Below, one piece after another: positions 42,458-52,495 of a stretch of DNA of 64,000 nt (positions are counted from its first letter, which is position 1; each line of letters begins with the position of its first letter). The DNA is from an uncultured Nitrospinota bacterium (GTDB lineage: Bacteria > Tectomicrobia > Entotheonellia > J063 > CAVPRW01). The translations under genes and the position numbers were made by a program. Under the pieces are notes generated by a model. That model did no database searches. It saw nothing but the letters and a program-made list of their open reading frames with translations, and had not been told where the DNA came from. The stretch spans positions 288,001 to 352,000 of the forward strand of contig CAVPRW010000017.1 of NCBI GenBank assembly GCA_963707985.1. The letters run 5' to 3'.

Positions 42458-43864
42458 ATGGCATACCAAGACGATATAGCTCTTATGGCTCACTTGATGC
42501 GACGCGCCGGCTTCGGAGCGGGTCGCGACGAACTCGAAGCACGTGTTGCCAAAGGCTATGAGGCGACGGTGGAAGAGCTGCTGCATCCCGAGACGCAACC
42601 ACCAGTTGACGCGTATTCGCTGATGCGCTACCAACCGGCGGCGTTGCTCCCTGGTGGGCAACCCCCCATGGGGAACGTCAACTGGATGTTTTATCTCGTC
42701 AACACCAAGCGCCCCTTGGAAGAGAAGATAGCGCTCTTCTGGCACCATGTGTTCGCCACCGGTAACGCGAAAGTGGATAATTACGATCAGCTCTTGGAAC
42801 AGATCAAACTGTTCCGCGACATGGGGATGGGGAACTATCGCGACCTCATGGTTGAACTGGCGAAGAATCCTTCGATGATTTTCTGGCTAGACAACAACGA
42901 AAATCATGGCAATGCCGTCAACGAGAATTGGGGCCGTGAGCTGCTCGAGTTGTTCAGCATGGGCGTCGGCAACTATACGGAAAAAGATGTCCGCGAAGCC
43001 TCACGCGCCTTCACGGGCTGGACCTTCGAGACCAAGATTCCGCGCTTACCGTACGGTCGTTTCCCCTGGAAGTTCGAGTATCGCCCTGAAGACCATGATG
43101 ACGGGGAGAAAGAGTTCCTCGGGCATCGTGGCCGCTTCAACGGTGAGGACATCATCAACATCGTCGTACAACAGCCGGCCTGTGCCCGTTTTGTAGCGCG
43201 TCATCTGTACAACTTCTTCGTTGCCGATGAGCCCCAGGTGCCGGCATGGTCGATCGAGGCCCCGCGCGATCCACAGGCCATCGATCTCCTGGCGAACACC
43301 TTCCGCGAATCAAACTATGACATCCGCTCGGTTCTTCGCGTGATGTTCAATTCCGAGTTCTTCAAGAAGGCCCGCTTCCAGCATATGAAATCCCCAGCCG
43401 AGGTGGTAGTTGGTACCCTTCGTCTAGTAGGGAACTATGAGATCCCGAGGCCTGGATATGGTGAGCTGTCGATGCAGCCCGCATACATGGGACAGGATCT
43501 GCTCAATCCACCGAGCGTGGAAGGGTGGCACACGGGCAAGGAGTGGATCAACAGCGGTTCCTTAATGGCACGCATCAACTTCGTGGCGGAGCTCATTGGC
43601 GATCCGTCACTACCGGGCGTCCGTGCCATCATCGATCGACTCAAAGCCAAGGGAACCCTAACTCCGGAGCAACTGGTCGACGGTTGTCTGGACCTGCTCG
43701 GGCCCATGGAAGTGGGCGCAGAAACCCGGCAGGAACTCCTCGATCAGGCCAAAGAGTGGGGCCCAATTAGCTGGGATAGTGAGACGAACGCCCAGACCGC
43801 CGACCAACGCGTTGGCGAAATGCTGCAACTGATCGTGGCAACCAGAGAATATCAGTTTGCATAA
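42458..43864 (+). CDS. DUF1800 family protein
   Basis: HLMRRAGFG, EKIALFWHHVFAT, NENWGRELLELFSMG, PPSVEGW, C-terminal EYQ. Confidence 0.9.
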   Translation: MAYQDDIALMAHLMRRAGFGAGRDELEARVAKGYEATVEELLHPETQPPVDAYSLMRYQPAALLPGGQPPMGNVNWMFYLVNTKRPLEEKIALFWHHVFATGNAKVDNYDQLLEQIKLFRDMGMGNYRDLMVELAKNPSMIFWLDNNENHGNAVNENWGRELLELFSMGVGNYTEKDVREASRAFTGWTFETKIPRLPYGRFPWKFEYRPEDHDDGEKEFLGHRGRFNGEDIINIVVQQPACARFVARHLYNFFVADEPQVPAWSIEAPRDPQAIDLLANTFRESNYDIRSVLRVMFNSEFFKKARFQHMKSPAEVVVGTLRLVGNYEIPRPGYGELSMQPAYMGQDLLNPPSVEGWHTGKEWINSGSLMARINFVAELIGDPSLPGVRAIIDRLKAKGTLTPEQLVDGCLDLLGPMEVGAETRQELLDQAKEWGPISWDSETNAQTADQRVGEMLQLIVATREYQFA

Positions 43865-43897
43865 CATAGCAGCCTTATCACCTGAGGAGGAATAGAC

Positions 43898-45028
43898 ATG
43901 CCAGCAGCACAAAAAGACCCCGTGTTAGTCGTACTGCAGCTCTCCGGCGGGAACGATTATTTGAACACGGTGATTCCGTATAATAACCCGCTGTATCGTG
44001 ACAATCGTCCGGCGGTAGGTATTTCCGATGACCAGATTCTGCATCTTGACAATAACTATGGCTTTCATCCTGCCATGGCGCCGTTGAAGAAGATCTGGGA
44101 CGAAGGCAAGCTCGCCGTTATGCACGGCGTCGGCTATGCCAATTCTCCGCGTTCCCATTTCCGCTCCATGGACATCTGGCATACCTGTGAGCCAGATAAG
44201 GTGGGAACCGAAGGCTGGTTAGGCCGTGTCGCGCGTGAGTTCGACCCGAACAAAGAAAACGTCATAACCACCGTCAGCTTCGGCCCGAGCCTATTCCGAG
44301 CGCTGTCAGTTCAAGGCGTGCCCGTAGCTTGTGTGGCTGGCCCACTGGAAAGATACGGGTTCCTACCAACTATTCAGGAGCAAACACAGCGCCTGAAGGT
44401 GTTGGATCGCTTCGCCCGGATGTATTCGCCTGTGGTTGGTAGTGGTGTGATGGAATATCTCGGCACCACCGGTTTGGATTCCCTGAAGGGCGCGGATATC
44501 CTCAAGGTGGCGCCGCAGAAGTACGCCTCCACGGTGAAGTATCCCGATACCCCGATTGCCCGCAAACTGCGCGGGGTCGCCCAGGTGCATCTGGCCGATT
44601 TGGGAAGCCGGATCTTCTATTGCGATCATGGTAGCTTCGATACCCATGCCAGCCAGAACCCTGGCCATGGCAATCTGTGGACCGCGGTAAGCGAGGGGCT
44701 CGATGCCTTCATGACCGACCTGCGGCAGCACGATCATGCCGACAATGTGATCGTCCTGCTGTTCTCGGAGTTCGGCCGCCGTGTGCACGACAATGGCTCC
44801 GGGACGGATCACGGCGCAGCCGGGCCAGTGTTTGTCCTCGGTGAGCAGGTAAAGGGTGGCCACTACGGCGAATATCCCTCCCTCAAAGCGGAAGACCTGG
44901 TACAGGGCGACCTGAACCCGAACATGGACTTCCGTGGCGTCTACTCGACGATCCTGGATAAATGGCTGAAGCTGGATCCGAAGCCGATCGTCGGCGGCAC
45001 CTTCGAGCAACCGGCCTTCCTGAACTAG
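43898..45028 (+). CDS. DUF1501 family protein (no Tat leader)
   Basis: LQLSGGND.LN, RSHFRSMDIW, FDTH, SEFGRR..NGS.GTDHG, DFRGVY. Confidence 0.9.
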   Translation: MPAAQKDPVLVVLQLSGGNDYLNTVIPYNNPLYRDNRPAVGISDDQILHLDNNYGFHPAMAPLKKIWDEGKLAVMHGVGYANSPRSHFRSMDIWHTCEPDKVGTEGWLGRVAREFDPNKENVITTVSFGPSLFRALSVQGVPVACVAGPLERYGFLPTIQEQTQRLKVLDRFARMYSPVVGSGVMEYLGTTGLDSLKGADILKVAPQKYASTVKYPDTPIARKLRGVAQVHLADLGSRIFYCDHGSFDTHASQNPGHGNLWTAVSEGLDAFMTDLRQHDHADNVIVLLFSEFGRRVHDNGSGTDHGAAGPVFVLGEQVKGGHYGEYPSLKAEDLVQGDLNPNMDFRGVYSTILDKWLKLDPKPIVGGTFEQPAFLN

Positions 45029-45158
45029 ACGGACGGTCGTTAGCTCTCGCTCTCCTCCCTGTGGATCGGTCGCGGGGAGGAGGCTTGCATAGCGGTGCAG
45101 ATGACATGACTATCTTCCATGATCAGGGAGATAGTCTATTGAAGGGATGGGGGAGAGT

Positions 45159-46259
45159 ATGGCACTGACAACTGTGGCACGTGGAAGGGTGTATGATTGG
45201 AGCCACTCCGTCGGGCGTGGCGCCGCCTCGGGGACTGGCTTCAATTATCCCCAAACGATGTGTCTCGGGAAAGGCGGCGTCGTCTATGTCGCCAACCGGG
45301 GCAATGAAAATAATTTTGGCATGCGCGCAAACAAAGTGCGGATTGGTGCCCCCGGCGAAGAGGAACTCTTGGCAGAGTTTTTTAAGTGGGGCACCGCGGA
45401 TGGCCGTTCGAGCTGGCCGTTCGGCGTGGCGGTCGATAGCCAGGAAAATGTCTACCTCTCCGACGAATGGCAGAATACGATCTCTGTGTTCGACTCGAAT
45501 GGGAACTTCCTCCGCAAATGGGGGACAACAGGCAGCGGCGATGGCGAGCTGCTCCGTCCAGCCGGTCTAGTCTGCGAGAAGAACGGCAACGTGATTGTCG
45601 TTGATAGCGGCAACAATCGTCTCCAGGTTTTCACCCCGGAGGGCAAGTTCTTGGCCAAATGTGGCAAGGGTGGAACTGGTGATGGTGAATTCAACCAGCC
45701 GTGGGGAATCACCCTCGACAACGATGGCAATATCTGGGTCGCCGACTGGAAGAACCATCGTGTGCAAAAACTATCACCTCAGGGCAAGTTCTTGATGAAA
45801 ATCGGTGAATACGGAGTGCTGCCGACACCTCAGGACGCCTATGGGGTCACATACCTTGGACCATACATCTCGACCTCAGGTACACCCGGCTACGTCAAGG
45901 CTGGCCTGCTCAATCACCCTACTGACGTCGCTGTAGATACCGATGGCGATATCTATGTGGCTGATTGGGGTAATCATCGGGTGTGCATCTTCGACTCCGA
46001 GGGCACCCCGGTTGCGAACCTCATCGGGGATGCACAGGTGATGTCGAAGTGGGGCCAGCAGAGCATCGATGCCAACCCAGACATGATGAAAGCGCGACGC
46101 CGGGCACGGAGTCTGGAGCCGGAGTGGCGGTTCTGCTTCCCGACCGCAGTCGACTTCGATCCGGAAACGGACAGCATCATCGTGGCCGAAAGCCAGCGGA
46201 ATCGCCTGCAGATCTACCGAAAGGTACGTGATTACGTGGATTTCCAGGCCAACCTGTAA
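45159..46259 (+). CDS. NHL-repeat protein
   Basis: Repeated G.GDGEL/F..P.G/DVAVD..GN.YVADW.NHR. Confidence 0.88.
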   Translation: MALTTVARGRVYDWSHSVGRGAASGTGFNYPQTMCLGKGGVVYVANRGNENNFGMRANKVRIGAPGEEELLAEFFKWGTADGRSSWPFGVAVDSQENVYLSDEWQNTISVFDSNGNFLRKWGTTGSGDGELLRPAGLVCEKNGNVIVVDSGNNRLQVFTPEGKFLAKCGKGGTGDGEFNQPWGITLDNDGNIWVADWKNHRVQKLSPQGKFLMKIGEYGVLPTPQDAYGVTYLGPYISTSGTPGYVKAGLLNHPTDVAVDTDGDIYVADWGNHRVCIFDSEGTPVANLIGDAQVMSKWGQQSIDANPDMMKARRRARSLEPEWRFCFPTAVDFDPETDSIIVAESQRNRLQIYRKVRDYVDFQANL

Positions 46260-46621
46260 GGGTTTGCAAGCCGCTGTGACGCGACATCTATGATCCTCGC
46301 GTCGTAAAGCTTTCCGTGGTCTCCTGTCTCCTCTGTCCCTACTGGGATTGGGGGGACAGGACATGGGCAGTATGTCTTGTCCATCAATCTTAATCGCTCT
46401 CCTGCCGTATACCCTGTATCACAGGGGCCATTCTCAACTCCACTATCCGCACGATGGCTCCCATTGAATGAACCGTTTAGAGATTGACTTGCGGTCGGAA
46501 TGGGTGCGTCCCTTGATATACTGGTGTCCTGCAATTAAAATAAGAGCTCCCGCCAGTGCAGAATTGGCTTCATCGGGAGGGCAGGCGAGTCCCGAGCTCA
46601 CCCTCAATGAAAGGGAAATCC

Positions 46622-47101
46622 ATGGGAGAGGTCGTATCAATTGACATCGTACGCCAGCGTCATGGTGCAGTGGAAGCCGTTGAGCGGGCGACGGTGCAGA
46701 CGAATTACGGTCTGCAGGGAGACTGGCGGTCACATCGGAATCGTAGTGGCCAGATTACGCTGATCGAGGCCGAAGCATTGACGGCCGTCGAGCATCTCCT
46801 CGGAGCTCCCATCCCTGCTGGGGCAAGCCGACGCCAAGTGATCGTGAGGGGTGTCAACCTCAACGACATGATTGGGCAACGGCTCCGCATGGGAGACGTA
46901 CACCTCTTCGTCGAAAGTCCTTGCGATCCCTGCTCGCGCATGGAGGAGACGATTGGTGTGGGGGCGCGAAACGCGCTGGAGGGACGGGGCGGCGTGCGCT
47001 GTTTTGTCCTTGCCGGTGGTGAACTTGCAGTTGGCGATTCCGTTGTCATGGAGCCATTCCAAGAGCAGATATTGGAACAAACGTCCCCGATTCCGACATA
47101 A
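46622..47101 (+). CDS. MOSC domain protein
   Basis: GLQGD, QITLI, RRQVIVRG, PCDPCSRM, GRGG. Confidence 0.88.
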   Translation: MGEVVSIDIVRQRHGAVEAVERATVQTNYGLQGDWRSHRNRSGQITLIEAEALTAVEHLLGAPIPAGASRRQVIVRGVNLNDMIGQRLRMGDVHLFVESPCDPCSRMEETIGVGARNALEGRGGVRCFVLAGGELAVGDSVVMEPFQEQILEQTSPIPT

Positions 47102-47303
47102 TCCGACATCAATTTGGTACAAGCGTTCACCAAGGAGCTGGAGGAGCAGACACTGAGAGACGAGGAGACCCGCAGGGGATAAGCATCGTAAGGCTGTGGT
47201 GTGCGAGGTGGTGGTCGTGTGCGGTTTAGCTGCTACGCCTCGTCCTCGAAGGGCATGCGCGAAATCCGTGTGGCCAGCGTTACGAAATACGTGTCGACGT
47301 CTG

Positions 47304-47681
47304 TCAGACCATCTCGATGGCAATGACCACTCTCTGTCTTCGCCTGAGTCGACTGAATGCATCCCCGATGCGCTTCATCCAGCCGTACTTCTCGTTCAGC
47401 AGCTGATGCCCATGCGCGGCACCCTGTGCATCAAGGATCCGGGCCTTCGCGTCGACCCATGCACCCTTGGGGTTGCCGCGTAGATCGCATGGCACGATTC
47501 TGACCTTGGGATTCTTGCGTATCCGTTTCACCTTCCCTGCGTCCGCGAGTGAGTATATGTAGAAGGTACCCTGTGCTTCGGCAAACCACACCGGAGTGGC
47601 CACGGGCCTGCCTGTGCTCCTATAGGTTTCCAGATTCAGGTATTTCTGGTGTGCGAATGGGGTGAAGCGATCGGAACTCAT
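47304..47681 (-). CDS. PPOX class putative F420-dependent oxidoreductase
   Basis: YLNLETYRSTG.PVATPVW, GKVKRIRKNP, KYG. Confidence 0.88.
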   Translation of the reverse strand: MSSDRFTPFAHQKYLNLETYRSTGRPVATPVWFAEAQGTFYIYSLADAGKVKRIRKNPKVRIVPCDLRGNPKGAWVDAKARILDAQGAAHGHQLLNEKYGWMKRIGDAFSRLRRRQRVVIAIEMV

Positions 47682-47734
47682 ATGGGCGCAGGCTCCCCTA
47701 AAAAGGCGCACTATGGCACATGGGAGGCCATCGG

Positions 47735-47953
47735 CTACAGGATGCCGCCTCCCAGTGCCAGCCTAATAATCGCCAACGCGAGCACCACGAGGTTGATGTT
47801 CCGTCCGTTGGGTTCCCGACTCATCAGGCCCAGCACCAACCCCACAACCGCCAGCGGAATAGCAAACCAGTTTAGCCATCCCAGAAGCGGGATGAAGCCG
47901 ACCAGTGCGATGATCAGTGCCATGAGGCCGATGATGGTGGATAGGACGTTCAT
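47735..47953 (-). CDS. Small membrane hypothetical protein
   Basis: 72 aa hydrophobic, IPLLGWLNW motif; RBS GAGGAG. Confidence 0.7.
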   Translation of the reverse strand: MNVLSTIIGLMALIIALVGFIPLLGWLNWFAIPLAVVGLVLGLMSREPNGRNINLVVLALAIIRLALGGGIL

Positions 47954-47989
47954 GTCAACTGCTCCTCAACCGGGTTGGAGGCCCTGATG

Positions 47990-48590
47990 GTCCTCGTGGC
48001 CCAGAGGTCGCGCTCGAATGCATGTCGACGACCGGCGTGATGATGCCGCCCCCCAACGGCTGACACTTCTCAGATTATCCCAACGTACGGCCGTTGCCGA
48101 AAAGAGACGCTGTCGATGCGATCGTGGCCTCTCAAGAGATACCGTGGCGCCTTGTCCCAGGGGAACGCGTCCACGCGTGGCTGCGCGGTCCACCCTGCCG
48201 AGGATGACGAACCATGACTAGCAGGAAGAACAGAACGTAGTACCTCACGGTCGGCACCACAAAGAAATCTAAGGCTACTAGGTTTTGCTCATGATAGCAG
48301 AGAAAGGTCTTCCACGTTTGCTCGCGAGAGAACCACTGTGGCCATGCAAAGATCGTGTGGGGCTGGCCACAGGCGAGTACTGTTTGCCAACCTATCCAGA
48401 GGTGGGAGAGCCACACCCAGAACAGCCGATCTGTCGGCCGAAGTCGCGGGCGATGAACGGTCTGTTGAGACACGGCGAGCTGATGTCGCAGCGCAAAATT
48501 TGCCAGTTGCTGCGGTGCGTGTGACCGGATCAGCATACCCACGGAGGCGAGGAGTGCCGAGATCACAGATAGCGTCATCAGAGACCTCAC
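47990..48590 (-). mobile_element. Degenerate integrase-core (rve) transposase remnant with internal deletions
   Basis: ALRHQLAV..RPRLRPTDRLFWVWLS and QTWKTFL..ALDFFVVPTV segments juxtaposed. Confidence 0.7.
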
Positions 48591-49278
48591 TACGAGGGAC
48601 TGGGAGGGGGGAAATGCCCTGGTCCAGGATGGAGAGGTAAGACGAAAAAGTCAAGGCTGTTCACGTCTTCTGGGTTCTCGGGACGGGCATGTTCCCGGAT
48701 AAACGGAACGGTTATGGAAAGCTTTGCCTAATTAGTCTTATAGAAAGGGTCTCGTCATGCAAAGTATGCTGTTGCAGGATGTCAGTCTGTATCTGAGAAA
48801 TCAGCTGAAAGAAACTAGCTCGTTTTCCTTCATGGAAGCATCCCTGGTGCCGGCAACCAGACCACGCTGCCCTATCCCGTTGGGACGCCGTGCCCCCTCA
48901 ATAATCATTTCAAAATTCTGTCGTGTTACCCTACGGCCACGGTGCGTTGCCTAGCTGGGCGGTCAATGTTACAATAGTTGCGCTCCTCCAGAACTTTCGG
49001 CAACAGGAATCTACCCCCATTGGGATGCTTAAGGACGCTCGATGCAGCAACGGCAACTCCCCAATGTTTGCACTTCATCTTGGTATAGTGCCTCCAACAT
49101 CCCCCCGTGTGGGATCATGGGTACCTACAGTCGTCATGGTGGCGCTCATCGTTGTCACCAGTGCGGACGAAACCGTTGACGTGATGCACGACTTTGGCCC
49201 GCAACTCCCTAGAATTCGATGACTCTAGCAAAGCGTTGGTCGAGTCCAGCCCTCTAGCGATATGGCCAGGAGTTTCTT

Positions 49279-49758
49279 ATGCTGACCGTCGTCCTGCGGT
49301 TTATCTACTTATTATCGATCGCCCTGTGGATCGGAGGCATGGCCTTCTTCTCCTTCCTGGCGGCACCCAGCATCTTCCATATCCTACCGCGCGAAGAAGC
49401 TGGCAAGGTCGTGGCCGACATTTTTCCGAAATACTACTGGCAGGGGATCATTTGCGGCGCCATTGCCCTGGCCACCTCCGTGGTGCTAGGGATGCGCGAG
49501 CGCTGGAATATCCTGCTCATTGCCCGCACGATCACGATCGTGGTGATGCTAATCGGCGTGCTCTATTCTGTCGCCATCCTGCAACCGAAGATCCAAGCTG
49601 TCAAAGCTCAAGTCACTTCATTTGAAAGCCTCTCGCCGACGGATCCCTTGCGCCTCGAGTTCGGCCGACTGCATGGCCGCTCGTTCAGTGTGAACGCGGC
49701 CGTGTTGCTGTTGGGTGTGGTCGTGGTCTTCATCACGACGTTCACCATGAAGGTCTAA
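49279..49758 (+). CDS. DUF4149 (TMEM205-like) membrane protein
   Basis: LWIGG..F..AP.IF, AGKVV..IFP.Y, FGRLH..S..N. Confidence 0.8.
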   Translation: MLTVVLRFIYLLSIALWIGGMAFFSFLAAPSIFHILPREEAGKVVADIFPKYYWQGIICGAIALATSVVLGMRERWNILLIARTITIVVMLIGVLYSVAILQPKIQAVKAQVTSFESLSPTDPLRLEFGRLHGRSFSVNAAVLLLGVVVVFITTFTMKV

Positions 49759-49856
49759 GCCGCTCTTTACACGCGCCGGTCAGCCTGTTAAGATCAAGCG
49801 TCTCAACCAATCTCCGGATGATTGTGCCAGCCTTTGCGATCTTGAAAGGAGCAGGC

Positions 49857-50780
49857 ATGGGGGCGTCAGGCATCGAGAAGATCGGTGTGATCGGTATCGG
49901 CCTCATGGGCAGCGGCATCGCCCAGGTCTCTGCCACTTACGGATTCGACACCGTGGTGGCGGATATGTCGGATGATGTCGTGCAGCGCGGGATGGTGCGC
50001 ATTGAGGACAGCCTCTCCAAGCTCGTGGCCTCCTACGATCGGTCCAAAGGGCAACGCGGCATGGCCCCTGAACAAAGAGACGCGGCTCTGGCCAAGCTGC
50101 ACGGTACTTCATACCTCCAAGAACTCTTGGATTGCGATCTTATCATCGAGGCCGTCACGGAAAATTATGCCGTGAAGGCAGCCCTCTACGAACACCTTGT
50201 GCACCTGGGCTATCACCAACTGTTAGCTTCAAATACCTCATCCATCTCCATCACACATTTGGCATCCAATTATTCCCAGCCCGAGAAGTTTATGGGCATG
50301 CACTTCATGAATCCAGTGCCCATCCAGCCCGGGGTCGAGGTGATTCGTGGCCTGTTGACCTCCGATGACACGGCGCGCACCTGCACTACGATTGTCGAAG
50401 AGATCGGTAAGACCCCGATCCCAGCCGAAGATAAAGCCGGCTTCGGCATCAACCGCATGTTCGTCCCCTACCTCAATGAGGCGGTCAAGGTGATCGAAGA
50501 GGGCATCATGAGCGTCGAGGATGCCGATAAGACCACTCTCTGTCTCGGTCATAAGATGGGGCCGCTTACCACCCTTGATTATGTCGGCCTGGATACGGCC
50601 ATGGCCGTTGCAGAGGTGTTGGAAGCGGAATTGGGGGCAGCGTATAAGCCGGCGCCATTGCTCAAACGGCTTGTCCAGGCCGGATGCTACGGTATGAAGA
50701 ACGGGAAGGGGTTCTACCTCTATGAAGCAGGTAAGCCACCGGTAGTCAACCCGGCGGTGGCGCGTTATCGCATCAAATGA
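49857..50780 (+). CDS. 3-hydroxyacyl(butyryl)-CoA dehydrogenase
   Basis: GIGLMGSGIA, EAVTE, SNTSS, GMHFMNP, GFY. Confidence 0.92.
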   Translation: MGASGIEKIGVIGIGLMGSGIAQVSATYGFDTVVADMSDDVVQRGMVRIEDSLSKLVASYDRSKGQRGMAPEQRDAALAKLHGTSYLQELLDCDLIIEAVTENYAVKAALYEHLVHLGYHQLLASNTSSISITHLASNYSQPEKFMGMHFMNPVPIQPGVEVIRGLLTSDDTARTCTTIVEEIGKTPIPAEDKAGFGINRMFVPYLNEAVKVIEEGIMSVEDADKTTLCLGHKMGPLTTLDYVGLDTAMAVAEVLEAELGAAYKPAPLLKRLVQAGCYGMKNGKGFYLYEAGKPPVVNPAVARYRIK

Positions 50781-50838
50781 CCATGACCAGCGGCTGGGCC
50801 ATTGTCAGATGGCCTGGCTTACTTAAAGGATGGTACGA

Positions 50839-51523
50839 ATGGAAACTTATTCCCGTCAGACAGGACAGGCTACCGCTGTCCAAGATGATCCGGAAGCACG
50901 TGAGCTGCTGCACCGTGCCTTCGACCGTACGTCACGCTGGAGAGCCGATTTCGCCGGCTTCAAGGCAGGGCTCGTGGTGAATGACAATGGAACGGAGCAT
51001 CGGGGTACGGGTGCAGGTGACGATGCCGCGGTCTGTTGACGTGACCGTTGCCGAAGCAGATTTGCAACAGTGGGCGCAACAGCAGCTGGCCATGATGGTC
51101 GGCCATCGCGGCTATCGTGCCTTCGACCAGGCGGATGGCAAATATACGCTGACGCTAGGTCCCCAGGAGACGCACCCACTTGGCCGCCTGGTGTATATTC
51201 ATGGCGACGGCATGAGCTCACGCTATCGGGTCAGGGACGAACGCATCTGCCAGATACAACGCTCCATGGAGCGCGTCAAGTTCACGATCAACATCGAAGA
51301 TACCATGACGATGCGCGATGACAAGGTGCTGACCACGCGATTCACGGTCTATTACTTTGCTCCAAGTACAGGACAGCTGACGCAGGTCGAGAGCTTTGCG
51401 GACGACTACTGCGAGGTAGGTGGGATCGTGCTGCCCAGGGCACGACGCGTCGTCTTTGCCGACAATGGCGAGGCCAGGGTGCGGGAAGTGATCCTGTCCG
51501 AGCATGTGGTGTCTGTACCGTAA
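50839..51523 (+). CDS. DUF3386 family protein; apparent +1 frameshift at ~51010
   Basis: ARELL..AF..W..FAGF in the first frame; GHR..F..DG, S.YRV, D.Y...LP..R in the second. Confidence 0.7.
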
Positions 51524-51596
51524 GGCTGGTCCCACCTGATGAGCCGTGTAGTGGATGCGAAGCAAGGCAACAGTGAGCAGCGACAAGGGGGTGGGT

Positions 51597-52211
51597 ATGG
51601 CAAACATCGGTTTCACCCGTGAGGACTTCGAGGTATTCGGTATTCCCACGTTTCCAGAACGCATGAAGAGCATCAAAGAACACGTGCGGCCGAAGCTCAT
51701 CGCCCTCGGGGAGGAGCTGCAACCAGGCTTGAAAAAGCTTGCCAAGAACGATGTATTCCCACATGTGGCCATGCATGCCCGGCGGACTGTGAACCCACCC
51801 CCGGAGACCTGGGTCGCCTTCGGCCCCTCAGCGCGAGGCTATAAAAAATATGGCTACTTCGGGCTGGTGATGAGCCGTGGCGGGCTGCACACGCGCATCG
51901 TCGTCAAGGATGAAGCGCCGGATCGCCCCCAAATGGCCAAGCTCCTCCTGGACCGGGCTGACGTGCTGGCTAAAGTGTTTGGTAAGCATACCGTCGCGCG
52001 CTACGACCGCTGGGATTATGCTGGCATCCCTGAGCTCACCAAACCGACAGCAGACTTCTGGCAGAAGGTGGCTGAGGGGCTGGTCAAGAAAACCGGCGGG
52101 CTGGACGTTGGCGTGGGATGGCCCGCAGCCCGTGCGGTCAAGCTTACCGACAAACAGGTGCTGCAGGCCTTCGCCGCGCTGCTGCCACTCTACGAGATCA
52201 CCCGGTCGTGA
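51597..52211 (+). CDS. DUF1054 (YktB-like) family protein
   Basis: GFTREDFEVF, HVAMHARRTVNPP.ETWVAF..RGYK, LLPLY. Confidence 0.85.
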   Translation: MANIGFTREDFEVFGIPTFPERMKSIKEHVRPKLIALGEELQPGLKKLAKNDVFPHVAMHARRTVNPPPETWVAFGPSARGYKKYGYFGLVMSRGGLHTRIVVKDEAPDRPQMAKLLLDRADVLAKVFGKHTVARYDRWDYAGIPELTKPTADFWQKVAEGLVKKTGGLDVGVGWPAARAVKLTDKQVLQAFAALLPLYEITRS

Positions 52212-52234
52212 TGGGAGAGACCACGTGGAAGGAT

Positions 52235-52458
52235 TTTCCGGCGACGACGTCGTTTCTGTACATACGCGCATTACCCATATTGGCCGCTCCAGTCTGCGTA
52301 TGGAATTCGCTGTTATCAATGACTCGGCCGCTGTTCTCATGGCTGAGGGCTATGCGACTTTGGTACACGTGGACCTGGTCGCTCATCAAGCGGTCCCCTT
52401 CGCGCATGAGCTTAAGGCCAAGATGTGTGCCCTCGAAGGATGCGCTCTCGACGGCTGA
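52235..52458 (+). pseudogene. C-terminal half of an acyl-CoA thioesterase (hotdog fold)
   Basis: GDDVVSVHTRITHIGRSSLRMEF..AEGYATLVHVD; N-terminal catalytic half not present. Confidence 0.6.
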
Positions 52459-52495
52459 GCTGATGTCGAGGATGTGCATGTGAGGAGAGGAGATT

